Shown piece after piece: positions 23,654 through 35,160 of a stretch of 64,000 bases of DNA. Made by a program: the position numbers and the translations under genes. This DNA is from Hormiphora californensis (lineage: Eukaryota; Animalia; Ctenophora): assembly GCA_020137815.1 (NCBI GenBank), contig CM035356.1, forward strand, positions 4,092,001 to 4,156,000. Direction: 5' to 3'. Numbering within the stretch: position 1 is the first letter of the stretch; each line of letters opens with the position of its first letter. The notes under the pieces were generated by a model. That model was not told where the DNA came from and did no database searches. It saw nothing but the letters and a program-made list of their open reading frames with translations.

Positions 23654-25356
23654 TTGAATTTCATCGCTCGTTGTTTTGTTTTGTTTTATCTGTCATGTCT
23701 GTATCCGGGGGACATGAATTTGGGAAAATTTTACCAAATCTGCAATCAAAGGGACTATTATAGGGAGGAGTTCCACAAAAAAGGCAACTATAAACAATCA
23801 GATAAAAAAACCAGTCTGTTTGTTTTCCTTTGTTGTTGTGAGCTGATCTGTCGTATTTACCCCGTGGGTAGGTGCATCTGTTCGGTCTGTATCACCCCCT
23901 TTGAATTTGTAGGTTGTCTTTCCTGTATCCTCCCCTTTTCTTTTATATGTATAGTATAGTCTTTTACGCGTAGTCCCCCCTTTTTTTTTTCTTTTTATCT
24001 TATTTTTATTTTTATTTCATTTTTGTGACCCCCTCTTGCCCTTAGGGGGGGTTTTCTCCTGCCCCGTTGCTGCTTATGTATTGAGTGTCATCCCTTTTCC
24101 TGTTGGGCTTATCCGGGCTTGTCCGTCCCCTGGTCCTCCGCCAGTTTCTCTTTCCCTCAGCCCTTTTTTCCCTTTCCCCAGGGCCCTTTTTTTCTTGATC
24201 TTCTTGTCTTCTTTTCTTCCTCATTTTCTCCATTTCCCCTTTTTTTGCCTGCCAGGCATTTTTGCCTTGCCAGAGCAATGGCATTTTCTCTTTTCATCAT
24301 CCCCCTTTTTTTCCCCTTCTGAGCCCCTCTATTTCTTAGCCAATTTCTCCAATTAGGTTGATTTTTCTGTTCCCCCCGCCCCTGGTGGTTTTTCCCCCCC
24401 CCCCGCCCCCCTTGCCCGGCCCTCCGGGCCGCCCCCCGCCCCCCCCCCCCCCCCCCCCCTCCCCGCCCCCCCCAATCCCCCCCCACCACAATTTTTATTC
24501 CCCAAGCCACCCAAAAACCTTCATCCCCACGTGGTTATCTCCACAATTTTGGGGCCTGGCTGACGCCTTTTACTGGTTAGAGGGGTAACACAATCGCCAT
24601 CAGCCAGTCATCTGGGAATTTTCCCCCTTCGTATCCCAGACGCACATTCCTTAATTGTCACTTGCAAATTGACATTTCGAATGGGAGCAACCGGATCGCC
24701 CCCTTTGTCCACCCAGTGGGGTGTTGGTTTCCCCTAGTCGGGGATGCCTTTGACAGTACTAACTGGGGACAATTACAAACCGGAAGAGTGCTTGGGGAGT
24801 GAGAAGACCCCGTCGACGCAGACACTATGACCGTTTTTTCGTCCCTCGGGGCGTGCTTTATACCCTTTTTATTTCCCCTGCATGTTTAAAACTTGACACG
24901 TGCGAAAGGGCAGAGTCTCCTGATTTAATTTTTTTGGGTTTAGTACTTCTAACACGATCCGTGCGGCAATCGGTCTGTCTGAGGATGTGATCACTGGTCG
25001 GCATCCCGTCCTACTCCCAGGATGAAGGGGTCTAGAACCAGCCCAAAACCCTCCATAGTTCTGCCTCTCTTCCCGATCTCAAACTGAAATCTTACACTTT
25101 TCAAAATCCCTTTATATCTGAAGTGTTGACAATATGGTGGTACTGAGCACCTGCGTCTCCTTCGGGTCTTTCATATAAATATTATAATAACACGGTGCCG
25201 ACAGTAGCGTGCTGCTTAGTGGCCATACCTTGTGCTGTTGCACCTCCCCCGCGCCCCCCCCCCCCCCCGCCGGGGGGCACGGGAGGTTTTTATTTTATAA
25301 AAAAATAATAGTATGAACAATACAAGCCATACCGTAATCCTACCAAACCAAACCAA

Positions 25357-25405
<49 letters not shown>

Positions 25406-25611
25406 GGAGAGAGAAAGAGGAGAAAGAGAGAAAAAGATAGATAGAAGATGTTGCCTGAAGGAAAGGGCTGTTGACTATGTAAAGGAAGAAGAAAGGATGC
25501 GGATCATTAGTAGGAACCATTATGATATACACGTGATGAAGAAGACTGTACCTACTGCAGAGAGTAGTAGGACTCTATGTACTATAACGTGTAGAGAGGG
25601 AGAGAGAGGGG

Positions 25612-25659
<48 letters not shown>

Positions 25660-26105
25660 AGAGAGAGAGAGGAGAGAGGGAGGTGCCTCATAGGATGATT
25701 TTAGCTGTAGAACATTGTCCGCTTCATCGCCACACACAGCGTTGTTGTAGACACAACTTTCTCTCAGTTGGTATTGCTGGTGGTTGGTGCGCGCAGTACC
25801 ATTGAGAGCTATGAAAAAATGGCCTGTCAGCAGTGTTGAGTGGCGCGCAACGGACGCGCTCTGTTGGTGATTCCGCTGTGGAAAAAGGCGCCCTGCACCT
25901 GAGGGGTTTTTTCCCGGAGGTCAGATGTCGGGTTTCATCTTGTCCCCAACAGCTAACAACAGTGTAGGCTGTGGCCTCACCCAAAATCACCAGTATTGGA
26001 TAAATTGGAGTTTGCTCCGAAGATAATGACCGTGTTCATGTGTTACGGGACAGTTTCTAGGAAATGGAGAGCCAATTTGGATCTAGCTTTCAATCATTAG
26101 TCATG

Positions 26106-26180
<75 letters not shown>

Positions 26181-27329
26181 AACAAATTTTGTGTTACAGG
26201 CGTATATGAAGTGTGTACAGCAGGATACACAGAAGAGATCGGCTGAAGCAAGTCGTCGGGAAGAGTCAATGAAAATGGGAATGAATCGGGAGGAAATCTT
26301 TGATTTTGTAAGTAAATGATGCTGGTATGATGCTGGTTTGTATTGCGTAACTGCTGTTGCTATGACAACTTTGAAATTATATCCATTCTTTTCTTTCTTT
26401 AGGACTCAGAAGATACACTTATTGATGATATACGGTTATCGAGACGGTCCCTGGAAGAATTCAGTCAGATACCTCCCCAAGGTGAGCTAATACATACACA
26501 CCTACTAATTATCAACATTATTACATTGTCTAAATGGTGTAATATGTAACGAAATTATGCAATCATTCTGTGAATATATTTTCGGTCGAATTATGTCTAA
26601 AGAATGTTCCTATTCATATTTAACTTTCTTTTTCTCTCATAAATTCTCTCATTCTTTCATTTCCCTCCATTATGTAGGGATTATGTATCTTTAACTCCAA
26701 CTCATTTCCCTCCATTATATATCTCTAACTCCAACTCTAATCAGACTGGTCTAGAGAACGACAATTGGAAGTGTGCCGAACGAAACTTGGCCTGCTATTC
26801 CCTCCACTTGATCTGGGCACAAATCGGATCCTGAATATCACCGTAGGCTCAGAGAACAAGGGATGTTGGAATGGGACCGCAGTGGGGGCATACGTTGTGG
26901 ATTATTTCTCACCACGTCACGAGGTATGTAGTGGTTCCCTTTTTCATTTTGTGGCAGCAGTTAACACCTATGACCCCCTGATTCCACGGTGATACCACAA
27001 TTCATATTGGAGGGTTGGGAAATTAATTACTCTGGGCACTGGGCAGATTAACTGCCCTTGGAACTACCAACTACGGGGAGACTTCCCCACCCGTTTTAAC
27101 CCTAACTCAACTCTCAAGACCAAAAACTTAACCATCTAATACCCATTCTTGTCCCTCTCAGAAGCAGGAGGTAACATCGATAGAGGAATTGGATCAGAAG
27201 ATGTGTCAGTTTGCCATGGAGTGTTCGTTAGAGAAAGTAATGCCAGTACTGAACAATGCCCACCACGGGCCAACGATGGTACAAATTCTGGCTTCCATGG
27301 TCGCCTCCCTCTACTACTGTTGCTGCTAA
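13526..27329 (+). CDS. Divergent glypican-like protein, ~501 aa, 9 exons (13526-13652, 13821-13952, 14310-14764, 19096-19164, 20601-20789, 26200-26307, 26403-26481, 26745-26923, 27162-27329)
   Basis: All junctions are GT-AG and phase-consistent (1506 nt). Signal peptide MPKYARAVYLLVLLTSIFCVTA. Glypican-like Cys pattern: C..FACC, DCFNEIVKMQQCSLC..VCPAY, QCV..W, GCWNG. Basic sites QKRS and SRRS; hydrophobic C-terminal tail. Confidence 0.8.
17262..17446. repeat. Tandem duplication of a ~99-bp unit in a glypican intron
   Basis: aatttccacagaaaagcatatctgtataatatttctaaagaa...atcatattttgatataccccacca occurs twice. Confidence 0.85.
17502..18185. mobile_element. Non-autonomous DNA transposon (MITE) with 8-bp TSD
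   Basis: TIRs CCCCGTTCGAA/TTCGAACGGGG. CAGTGAGG is directly repeated at 17494-17501 and 18186-18193. Many internal GCTGAAAA/TTTTCAGC motifs. Confidence 0.8.
19196..19318 (+). mobile_element. Left-end fragment of a Tc1/pogo-like MITE
   Basis: Starts TA-CAGTCGGACCCCG, with four CCCCGAT(T/A)TAC subterminal repeats. No right end seen. Confidence 0.45.
19649..20208 (+). mobile_element. Helentron-associated interspersed element (HINE/DINE-1-like)
   Basis: 5' subTIR TTTCCCTGCCC (19652-19662) followed by two perfect hairpins and GCAGGG. 3' subTIR GGGCAGGGAAA (20163-20173), then stem-loop GCATTATG-aata-CATAATGC (20178-20197). T-rich flanks. Confidence 0.65.
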
Positions 27330-29103
27330 AATGACAAAGAGGGAAAGAGAAGGAGAAAGAGAAGGAGAAAGAGATCGTGGTGCTCCGTCATATTTGCTGT
27401 CCGTATAACGTTGCCTACGGCACGCGAAAAAAGACTGCGTCTTAGAGTCGTAGACCACTTCGTCGCACAGGCAACGCTTTTTGCGGGCGAGCGAGAAAGT
27501 TTATGAGAAGTGAGAGAGAGGTTTTTAGTAGTTTATAATTAGGTCCTGAAAATAAGAATTACTCTCTCCTCACCCCTATGAATATCACATTATACCTAGC
27601 TTTCACACTTTTTTGTTAGTTTTCAAGATCTGCTGGACATACGTGTGTGTTTTTGTGTGATCTGCTGCTGGACATGTGTGTTTTTGTTTGTGAAATTTTC
27701 ACTTTTGTTCTCTCCACTTATAGAAGGAAGATGTTCCTGAAATAAAGATCATATACCTCAGATATATATACGCCACTTATTTAGAGTTAGTTAGTACACT
27801 ATATATCCCTTGCTGAGTACCTTGCTGTGAACCTCTGATGCCTGACAGTCCTGACCCAAGTTGCACCTTTTTTCGTGTTTTGTTTTTTAGCGGTGTTAGT
27901 TACCGTCCATTATTTAGACGAATGATTTGTTTTTCACAAGAAAATTGATTGACAGAATATATAATATAGCTCTCAATTTGAGTAGTAAGGGCTGTATCAA
28001 GTGAGTGAGTGTGTGAGTGTGTGAGTATGTGTGTGTTGCAATCCTGTTCGCGAGAGTCCTTCGCTAAGTATCGTGGAGATGGGACTGATGCTATTACTTT
28101 TAGTGGTGTGTGGCCGACTTACTCGATCTCACTCCCATTAGAGGTAGCGTCGGTGTTCTCTAGTTTATACCCAACCCCCTCAGAAAGGTGTTCTGATATA
28201 AACTAGACAACCTCTGTGAACTGTGAGTGTCTGTGTGGAAATTGATTTGCAACTGTTGAATTTGATCGATATGTATTTATTCACCCACCCTTGTATACCA
28301 AGAAATTATGCGTGTTTTATTCATGGATGTCTCGACCAAAACGTGAAGTTTTACGTCATATTTAACGTCATATCGATGCCGGCATTTGCGATTTCATGGA
28401 AAGCGCTGTAACACAGTTTGTGCCTTGCATCGTCCTGCCGCGCCGCGCGCGAGAAAAATGATTTCGTCGCGTCGCAAAAAAGTTTTCAAGTTTGTTCGCC
28501 CAAAAATTTAAAAAACGAGCAAAAAAAATTGTGGGATCCCTCAGGCCTCATTACTAAATCCTAATCCAAATCCTTAAGGCTAAAACTGTGTGTTTTTCCT
28601 ATCCATGGGCTGACGCAGGAAGCCTCTGCATTGCTTTATTGAATGTACGGGTTAACACGATCATGCAAAGCAAAATGGCAGTGATTTCGTACGGCAGTCG
28701 GCAATCTCCTGGGCACTGGGAACTTTTTTAACAGCCTGTGTCCTCTGACTGATGACTCAGAGGACAGATCACTCAAATTGTATTAGATACTCTGAGCCGT
28801 CTGGTAGTTTCGTCTCTAAGGATCCAATGCAGTTTTTGATTATTACACATTTGTTCGGTACAGTTAATTTTATTTGTATGTTCGTGTTTTGTTATGCTCT
28901 TGTTTTATATCTCTACCACTTTTGAAAGTGAGCAAGTAGGTCAAGCGTAGGCTGTTGGTGCGTGCTCCATTATTTTACACTATAAAGTGCTATATTTACA
29001 TTTACGTTTACGTTTGTTGATTTCCACGGTCCACCATTAATAACTGAACCCCGTTTAGCTTTCATTTACTTGACAATGAGCGAACAGTAATCTATCGACA
29101 CCT

Positions 29104-32100
29104 ATGGAAGACGGGCCTGCTAGCCCCTCCGTCGCGGAGTGCAGTAAACCAGTGAGTGGGCCATCTGAGCCCCGGACACCGACCAAAAACAAACGGAACA
29201 AATCCGCCACTGGCCATTACTCCCCGCATCTTCGCAGCAACTTAGCCGTAAGTGTTTAGATTCATAACCACTATTGGTCTATTATCATCTACCACTGCTG
29301 CACTCATAGGAGGACAGCATTTGATATATTGTAAACTCAGATTTAACGAATTATGTGCTTCATATTTATTCCGTTTTAAGTGGACCGGTCGGTAACCCCG
29401 GTTTTCCCAAAAATATTCAATAAATGTATATAACACCACTCGCCCATGTTTATTCAGGCTGGCTCGCCTAGCAAGGAGAAGAGCTGTGATAGGTTTATCC
29501 CAACGCGAAACAGCGCCCACTGGGACAACAACTTCTCCCTCGCACCGGAAGCTCAAAGCGAAAACGGAGAGGAAGGAAGAGAACAGCAGACCTACCGATG
29601 CTTGCTACAGGTGCGTGTAAAGTAAACACTATCTTTCTTACATAATGGCACAATACAGTGTAGCAGTAACTACGAAACGAACATACATTATCAATTTATC
29701 ACCAGTGTTCAAAGTCCCAGGAAGCAATAATTTTACCCCCGTAGAATGAATTGTTGGGTGCCAACATTGATGATATCAAGTCGAGTAGTGAGGATGGGTT
29801 ACATCGGACCCCCCACAAAAGGCGGTTATTCCATTATCAGTCTCCCAGCCGTCAACCCGAAGATCACGGTTATTCCCTATCCCCAGTTAGCAGGTTAGAA
29901 ATCTTGAAATTTCAATATTTTCAACGTACCATTTTGTTACAATGATGCTCCGTCATATTGCCCGCCCGCATTATAAACCACTGTTAGATTGCCCAAATAT
30001 TAAAATTGAAATTTCTCCCAGAAAGAGTCAGAAGTTGTTAACGTCTCCGAAGAAGTCATTGCGAAAGATTCCCCGATTGCCTTATAAGGTGTTGGATGCT
30101 CCTGATTTGCAGGATGATTTCTATCTCAACCTAGTAGATTGGAGTTATTCAAATGTGCTGACTGTCGGGCTTAGTAACAGTGTGTACCTGTGGAGTGCCT
30201 GTACAAGCCAGGTGAGTGGTATTGGGGGGAGGGGGGTTACTGCCAGCAGATATTTGAGTGAGTTTATTATCGGTGTTTCACATACCTCTCTCTCTTGTTT
30301 CTTTCTCTTCACTGCTTAGTGTAACCGGATCCTACCCAGGTTGTGTGTTACAGCTGTCACACTGTCACCATCTAATTTACTAGTGTCTCTTATCTTTCTC
30401 TCTCCCGCTTTCTATCTCTATCCTGCCTCTTTCTATCTCTCGCTCTCTCTTTCTAAAGGACATATTATCGTTGCACAAAAACAACCTTTCTTTTGTATTT
30501 TCACTACACATCAGAGTTTATCGGTTCTTCTCAAATCTCACATTACACGAAATATGTATCGTTTGATGAAAATTAAAACCTAACTCAAAACTAAAGTGAA
30601 ATTATGCCCCAGGTACGGATGTTATGTGACTTTTCCCGTTTGTAGGCATACCGTCAGGGGGTGTCGAGTCGGACTGATGCTTTACAACGTTTCCTCGTTG
30701 TTTGGTAACAAACCGTGGGTTTGTTCAACGCTTGTGTGATCTCATGGTAATTCCACCTTGAAATTAAGTATCTGCTAAACGGTGGAGAGAGATAAAGATG
30801 TCATCGACCATAATGGTTTTTGCAAAATGCGCCAGTGAAAAGTCTTAAACCATTTGGGCTATAGCCATATAGCCAAAAAACGGTTATTCGCAAACCTAAT
30901 TATCCAATTATCTATTTAACCAGATGAGATAGAGACTTAATTCCAGCACCTACCCCCACTAATGCGAGGGCGCTGATCACTTTAGTGCCCTCAGATTTGT
31001 CTCTACTCCTATTCTAAGAGGATTTATGTTTTTGGCTACAGGCTGAAAATACAGGTAAAAGGGCGTGGCCGATTTGGGCATTTTCTCCACTACTTAGAGC
31101 TTACCTATGGACGGGATCGTGTTCAGCGGGTCAAAATAGGTGGGTTACAACCGGAATTTGCTTTTCACCAAATAGTGAGTCAAAAAATTAAGATTCGCCC
31201 CTACTATATTATCGGTGTTTCACATACCTCTCTCTCTCTCTTGTTTCTTTCTCCTCACTGCTTAGTGTAACCGGATCCTACCCAGGTTGTGTGTTACAGC
31301 TGTCACACTGTCACCATCTAATTTACCAGTGTCTCTTATCTTTCTCTCTTCCTCTTTCTATCTCTCTATCCTACCTCTTTCTCTCAATCTCTCTCTTTCT
31401 AAAAGACATATTATCGTTGCACAAAAACAACACTTCTTTTGTATTTTCACTACACAACAGAGTTTATCAGTTCTTCTCTAGTTTCTTCTCAAATCTCACA
31501 TTACATGAAATATGTATCGTGTGATGAAAAGTAAAACCAAACTCAAAACTAAAGTGAAATTATGCCCCAGGTAACGAGATTATGTGACTTGTCGTGTGAG
31601 GGTGACACGGTCACCAGTGTTTCATGGTCGGACAGGACGAATATCCTCGCTGTAGGAACAAACAGGGGATGTGTTCAACTCTGGGACACTCAGGTAATTC
31701 CAACATGATAATCAATCTGCTAGTTTTTTACGTGAATAAGAAACGAAAAGTAGAGAAAAAGTAAAAAGTGGGTTTTATTCTAAACATTCATCATCTTGAA
31801 ATCTCAAACAAGGATTTTCACTTCAAACACCCCCATCTAGTCGTGGGGTCGCCCGCGAAGGTTTCATTATCAAGCTACCGACTCTAGATGACACCCCCAG
31901 TGTGATAGATATATATCTCCCTCTTGAGAAAGTTATGTCGCATAATGAGACAGAACTAAACGGTGACAAGGATCCGCCAACGTCGAAAAGAGAGAGATAG
32001 AGAGGGAGAAAAGGAGAGAGAAAAATAGAGAAAAAGAGAGACCTGGGGGAGAGAGATGCATTGTAACATGTACACAGTATTGGCAACATTTGTGCGAATC

Positions 32101-32208
32101 TTTCATGCTGTGTTTACTTGCTTGTGGGAGAGAGTTTGAGAAAGTGAGTGTTAGGGGGGGGGGGGAGAGAGAGAGAGATTGGGAAAGGGGAGCGAGTGAG
32201 AGAGAGTC

Positions 32209-32247
<39 letters not shown>

Positions 32248-32747
32248 AGAGATAGAGGGGAAGAGAGTGACGGAGAGGGAGGGGAGCATCTTCACACGTA
32301 CAAGCAAGCGTGTTACACAAGCATTTTACACACTAGGACTCTATTCCCCTTCTCTCTATCTGTTTTCTCTCTCTCTCCTTCAACTCACAAGCATTGGTGC
32401 GTTTGAATTTACCGTTATATATTACTCCGGAAGTCTCCACAAACTGTCAAATTTTCCGATATATTTCCTCACAACTCCTCTACCCTCCCTCACCATACAG
32501 TTTGTAACAACATCATGAACAACATCTACAACAACACCTCCCCACTTTCAGTAGTTCACAGTTGATACCTCTCTCCCTCCAGGTGCAAAAACGAACAACG
32601 ATATTCGAATCTCATGAGTCTCGGGTTGGCGCCTTGGCCTGGAATAGTGACCTGTTATGCAGCGGTAGCAGAGATAGGTTTATAATTCAGAGGGATATCA
32701 GGACACCACCGCACACATTTAGGAAACTTACCGGTCACAAACAAGAG
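29104..32747 (+). CDS. FZR1: Fizzy-related/Cdh1 APC/C activator, 5' part only (exons 29104-29247, 29458-29610, 29745-29893, 30022-30211, 31571-31693, 32583-32747)
   Basis: C-box DRFIPTR; YSLSPVS; RKIPRLPYKVLDAPDLQDDFYLNLVDWS; VTRLCDLS; SRVGALAWN...SGSRDR...LTGHKQE. The remaining WD40 exons and IR tail are not intact in the window. Confidence 0.93.
30265..30746 (+). repeat. Duplicate of FZR1 intron 4 plus a garbled copy of exon 5
   Basis: 30265-30612 closely matches 31207-31570. 30613-30746 is an indel-ridden version of exon 31571-31693. Confidence 0.85.
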
Positions 32748-33676
32748 GTAAGATTTGTGTATGTCATTACCAAAAGGAACGTTAATTTTGTAACACCCTG
32801 TACGGGATCAGAGTTGGGGTGCGTGATGTTTCGTGGTACACATCTGAGGTGCTTGCAAGTGTGTATTGATTCTCATCACGATGATACCATTTTCTGTCAC
32901 ACATTGTGACTCACATTGCACGTGGTGTTTGACGGAACGCGCGAAACACTCTCTCTACGAAAATAGCAACCCGACCCTGGGTCTACCGGGGTGGCGCGCG
33001 CGGGTTGAAGAGAGTACAGTGGTCAGCTAGCATTGTGGGCAGTGTCCGCGCGCATTCTACACACCCATAACAAAGTTGTTGGGTTGAGTCTTTTGAATTT
33101 TAGCGCCCATCGAGAACTCTCTGTGTTCATGTTACAAGGTTATTATTATTAGGAGTAGGGGGGGGGGGGCATAATTGGGGATATTTGATTATCATTATTT
33201 CAGTACAGTAGACAAAATATGAGAGAAGGGTGGGGGTCAGGGTTAAACATACTGTATGTGAAGTGTGACCACGATGAACCATTTCAATTTTCATAATCTC
33301 TGTCAAATTGAAAAAGGTGGATTTAAAATTTGAATGATTTAACATGCTACAAAGTATTTGACAACCTATCAGCCAGCCCATCCCACTATCCCAACGCTGT
33401 CCATGTAATTTGTCCTGAGCACCACTACTAAACAGTCTCTTCCCACGTGATGCATCACCAAATCTATCGCTCTCAACGAAACCGCCCTCCTCCTCTCCCT
33501 CACTAACTTATATCTATCTACTCTCTCTCTCTCCTAGATACTCTCTCTCTCTCTCTCTCCTTCTCGCTCTCTCGTCTCTCATCCTTCCCTTATCTCTGTT
33601 AGTTCCCGCTCCGTGTCTGTCTCTGTTGCTAGTTACCTTCTCACGACTTCAACGTTTCCCGAAATATGGGGTAAGC

Positions 33677-33896
33677 TAAAGTCGGATTTTTTGAAACTGT
33701 CACCCCCCTGAGTTTTCAAATTTCTTTAAATGACCATAAGTCCAGTCCCTGATGGGATAGAGACTTGAAATTTGGAGGTTATAAAGATCTGCTAAGTTCT
33801 TCCGAACCTCCAAATTTCAGTCTCATATTATCAGGAACCGAGATATGACAAATTTGTTATTTAGGGGGGTGACAGTTTCAAAAAATCCGAACTTTA
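33677..33896. mobile_element. ~220-bp MITE just 3' of the CXorf65-like stop codon
   Basis: TIR TAAAGT(T)CGGATTTTTTGAAACTGTCACCCCCCT at both ends, TA termini, internal hairpin. Confidence 0.75.
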
Positions 33897-33903
33897 CTGC
33901 AAA

Positions 33904-35033
33904 TCACAACTTTTCAATTTTTCTTAATCTTGATTTCATTTTGAGACTGTTCATGGCTGCCATAGCGGCGAAAGGTGCGGCTGCAGTCTGTGGTTCTGCA
34001 GAGTTGTTTCGTGTACTCTTTTTCCGATTTTTTGCGTTCGGCTGTCTCCGTCCGTCTAGGGCATCAACTCCAAAAACGTCCTTTAAGTCAGGATAGTGAT
34101 CATCTAGAGGGAGAGAGAGAGAAATGAATTATTAAGTAGAGAGTTAGTTTTTCCATGGGGAATAAAAGACAGGTGTTATTCAGAAACAAGGTGAAGACAC
34201 TACGGAAGTTTTATAACACCGGGCATTGGGCTTGTAAATTGTTGCCTATTTTGGTTACCTAGATTATCGATGAGAGGTTCATAATACTTCCTGCCCTTTG
34301 GATCTGTCTTTACCAGGACCAACAAGTAACACCCTCTTTCCTAAATATGGGAGGGGTTATTAATGTTTATGAAACTGGGCCAAACTGTATTCGAATTTGG
34401 AATTTTTCCACAAAATAAACGCTAGATAAAGATTAGCAGATCTATGAACTGCTGCAGCAGTCTGTACAGTGTAGAGTTCATCGGATCATACCGTTAGACA
34501 ATCAGTACCCAGGGAGGTACCCTTCCTTACCGTTAGACAATCAGTACCCAGGGAGGTACCCTTCCTTACCGTTAGACAATCAGTACCCAGGGAGGTACCC
34601 TTCCTTACCGTTAGACAATCAGTACCCAGGGAGGTACCCTTCCTTACCGTTAGACAATCAGTACCCAGGGAGGTACCCTTCCTTGTGTAGATGGAAAGTG
34701 CCCGACCCTCCTCGTCCATCAAATCCAGTGTGTAATCATCTGTGAGAGGGAGAAGTGAAATCCATAAAATGTATGGTAAATTCTAACACAATGGCGGAAT
34801 GGCGGCCGGTAATTTGGGTCCGACTGTTATATCTATTGGACCGGAACCAAGCTAATCAATGTGACAATGGCCCTATATATCAGTTGTATTGAACCACATG
34901 ATCATTATCAAAACTTACCATTTTCAACATCATATGGACATCGATGGTAAATGTCCCGAAGGAGGGCGTCCACTTGGCAGTTCAAATTAAACAACCTCTC
35001 TTCACCGTCCCCAGATCTCACAACAATGAACAT
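33904..35033 (-). CDS. CXorf65/C22orf15-like uncharacterised protein (exons 34919-35033, 34648-34739, 34259-34340, 33904-34103)
   Basis: Phase-consistent splice: MFIVVRSGDGEERLFNLNCQVDALLRDI...|DYTLDLMDEEG...|ERGCYLLVLV...YYEPLI|...KIEKL*. The MFI.V..G....L.N.NC, DL.DE.G and Y.PL pattern resembles this family. Confidence 0.7.
34489..34684. repeat. Five-copy 39-bp tandem repeat spanning an exon end and splice donor
   Basis: Unit cgttagacaatcagtacccagggaggtacccttccttac starts at 34492, 34531, 34570, 34609 and 34648. The copies are identical except that the last lacks the final 2 nt. Confidence 0.97.
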
Positions 35034-35160
35034 AACGCAGCTGAAAGGAGAATGAGCTACTGTTGGAAATTTTCCAGTTTTTGCTTCATGAAATTAATCG
35101 GAAGACCGGCTTCCCATACATATGAAATAAACAAAAACAAGATCGTTCAAGTACAATTGC

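Noticed and set aside
22800-25320. Pro/Gly/Phe-rich ORFs and poly-C/poly-G tracts
   Set aside because: Homopolymer-rich sequence inside a glypican intron that looks like low-quality read or gap fill; no family motifs.
25724-25990. ORF with GEAT...GQDETRHL, faintly like the FZR1 C-terminal WD repeat
   Set aside because: Wrong strand and position; the similarity is too weak.
34489-34684. 39-bp repeat as a CRISPR array
   Set aside because: Head-to-tail copies with no spacers, eukaryotic context and no cas genes.
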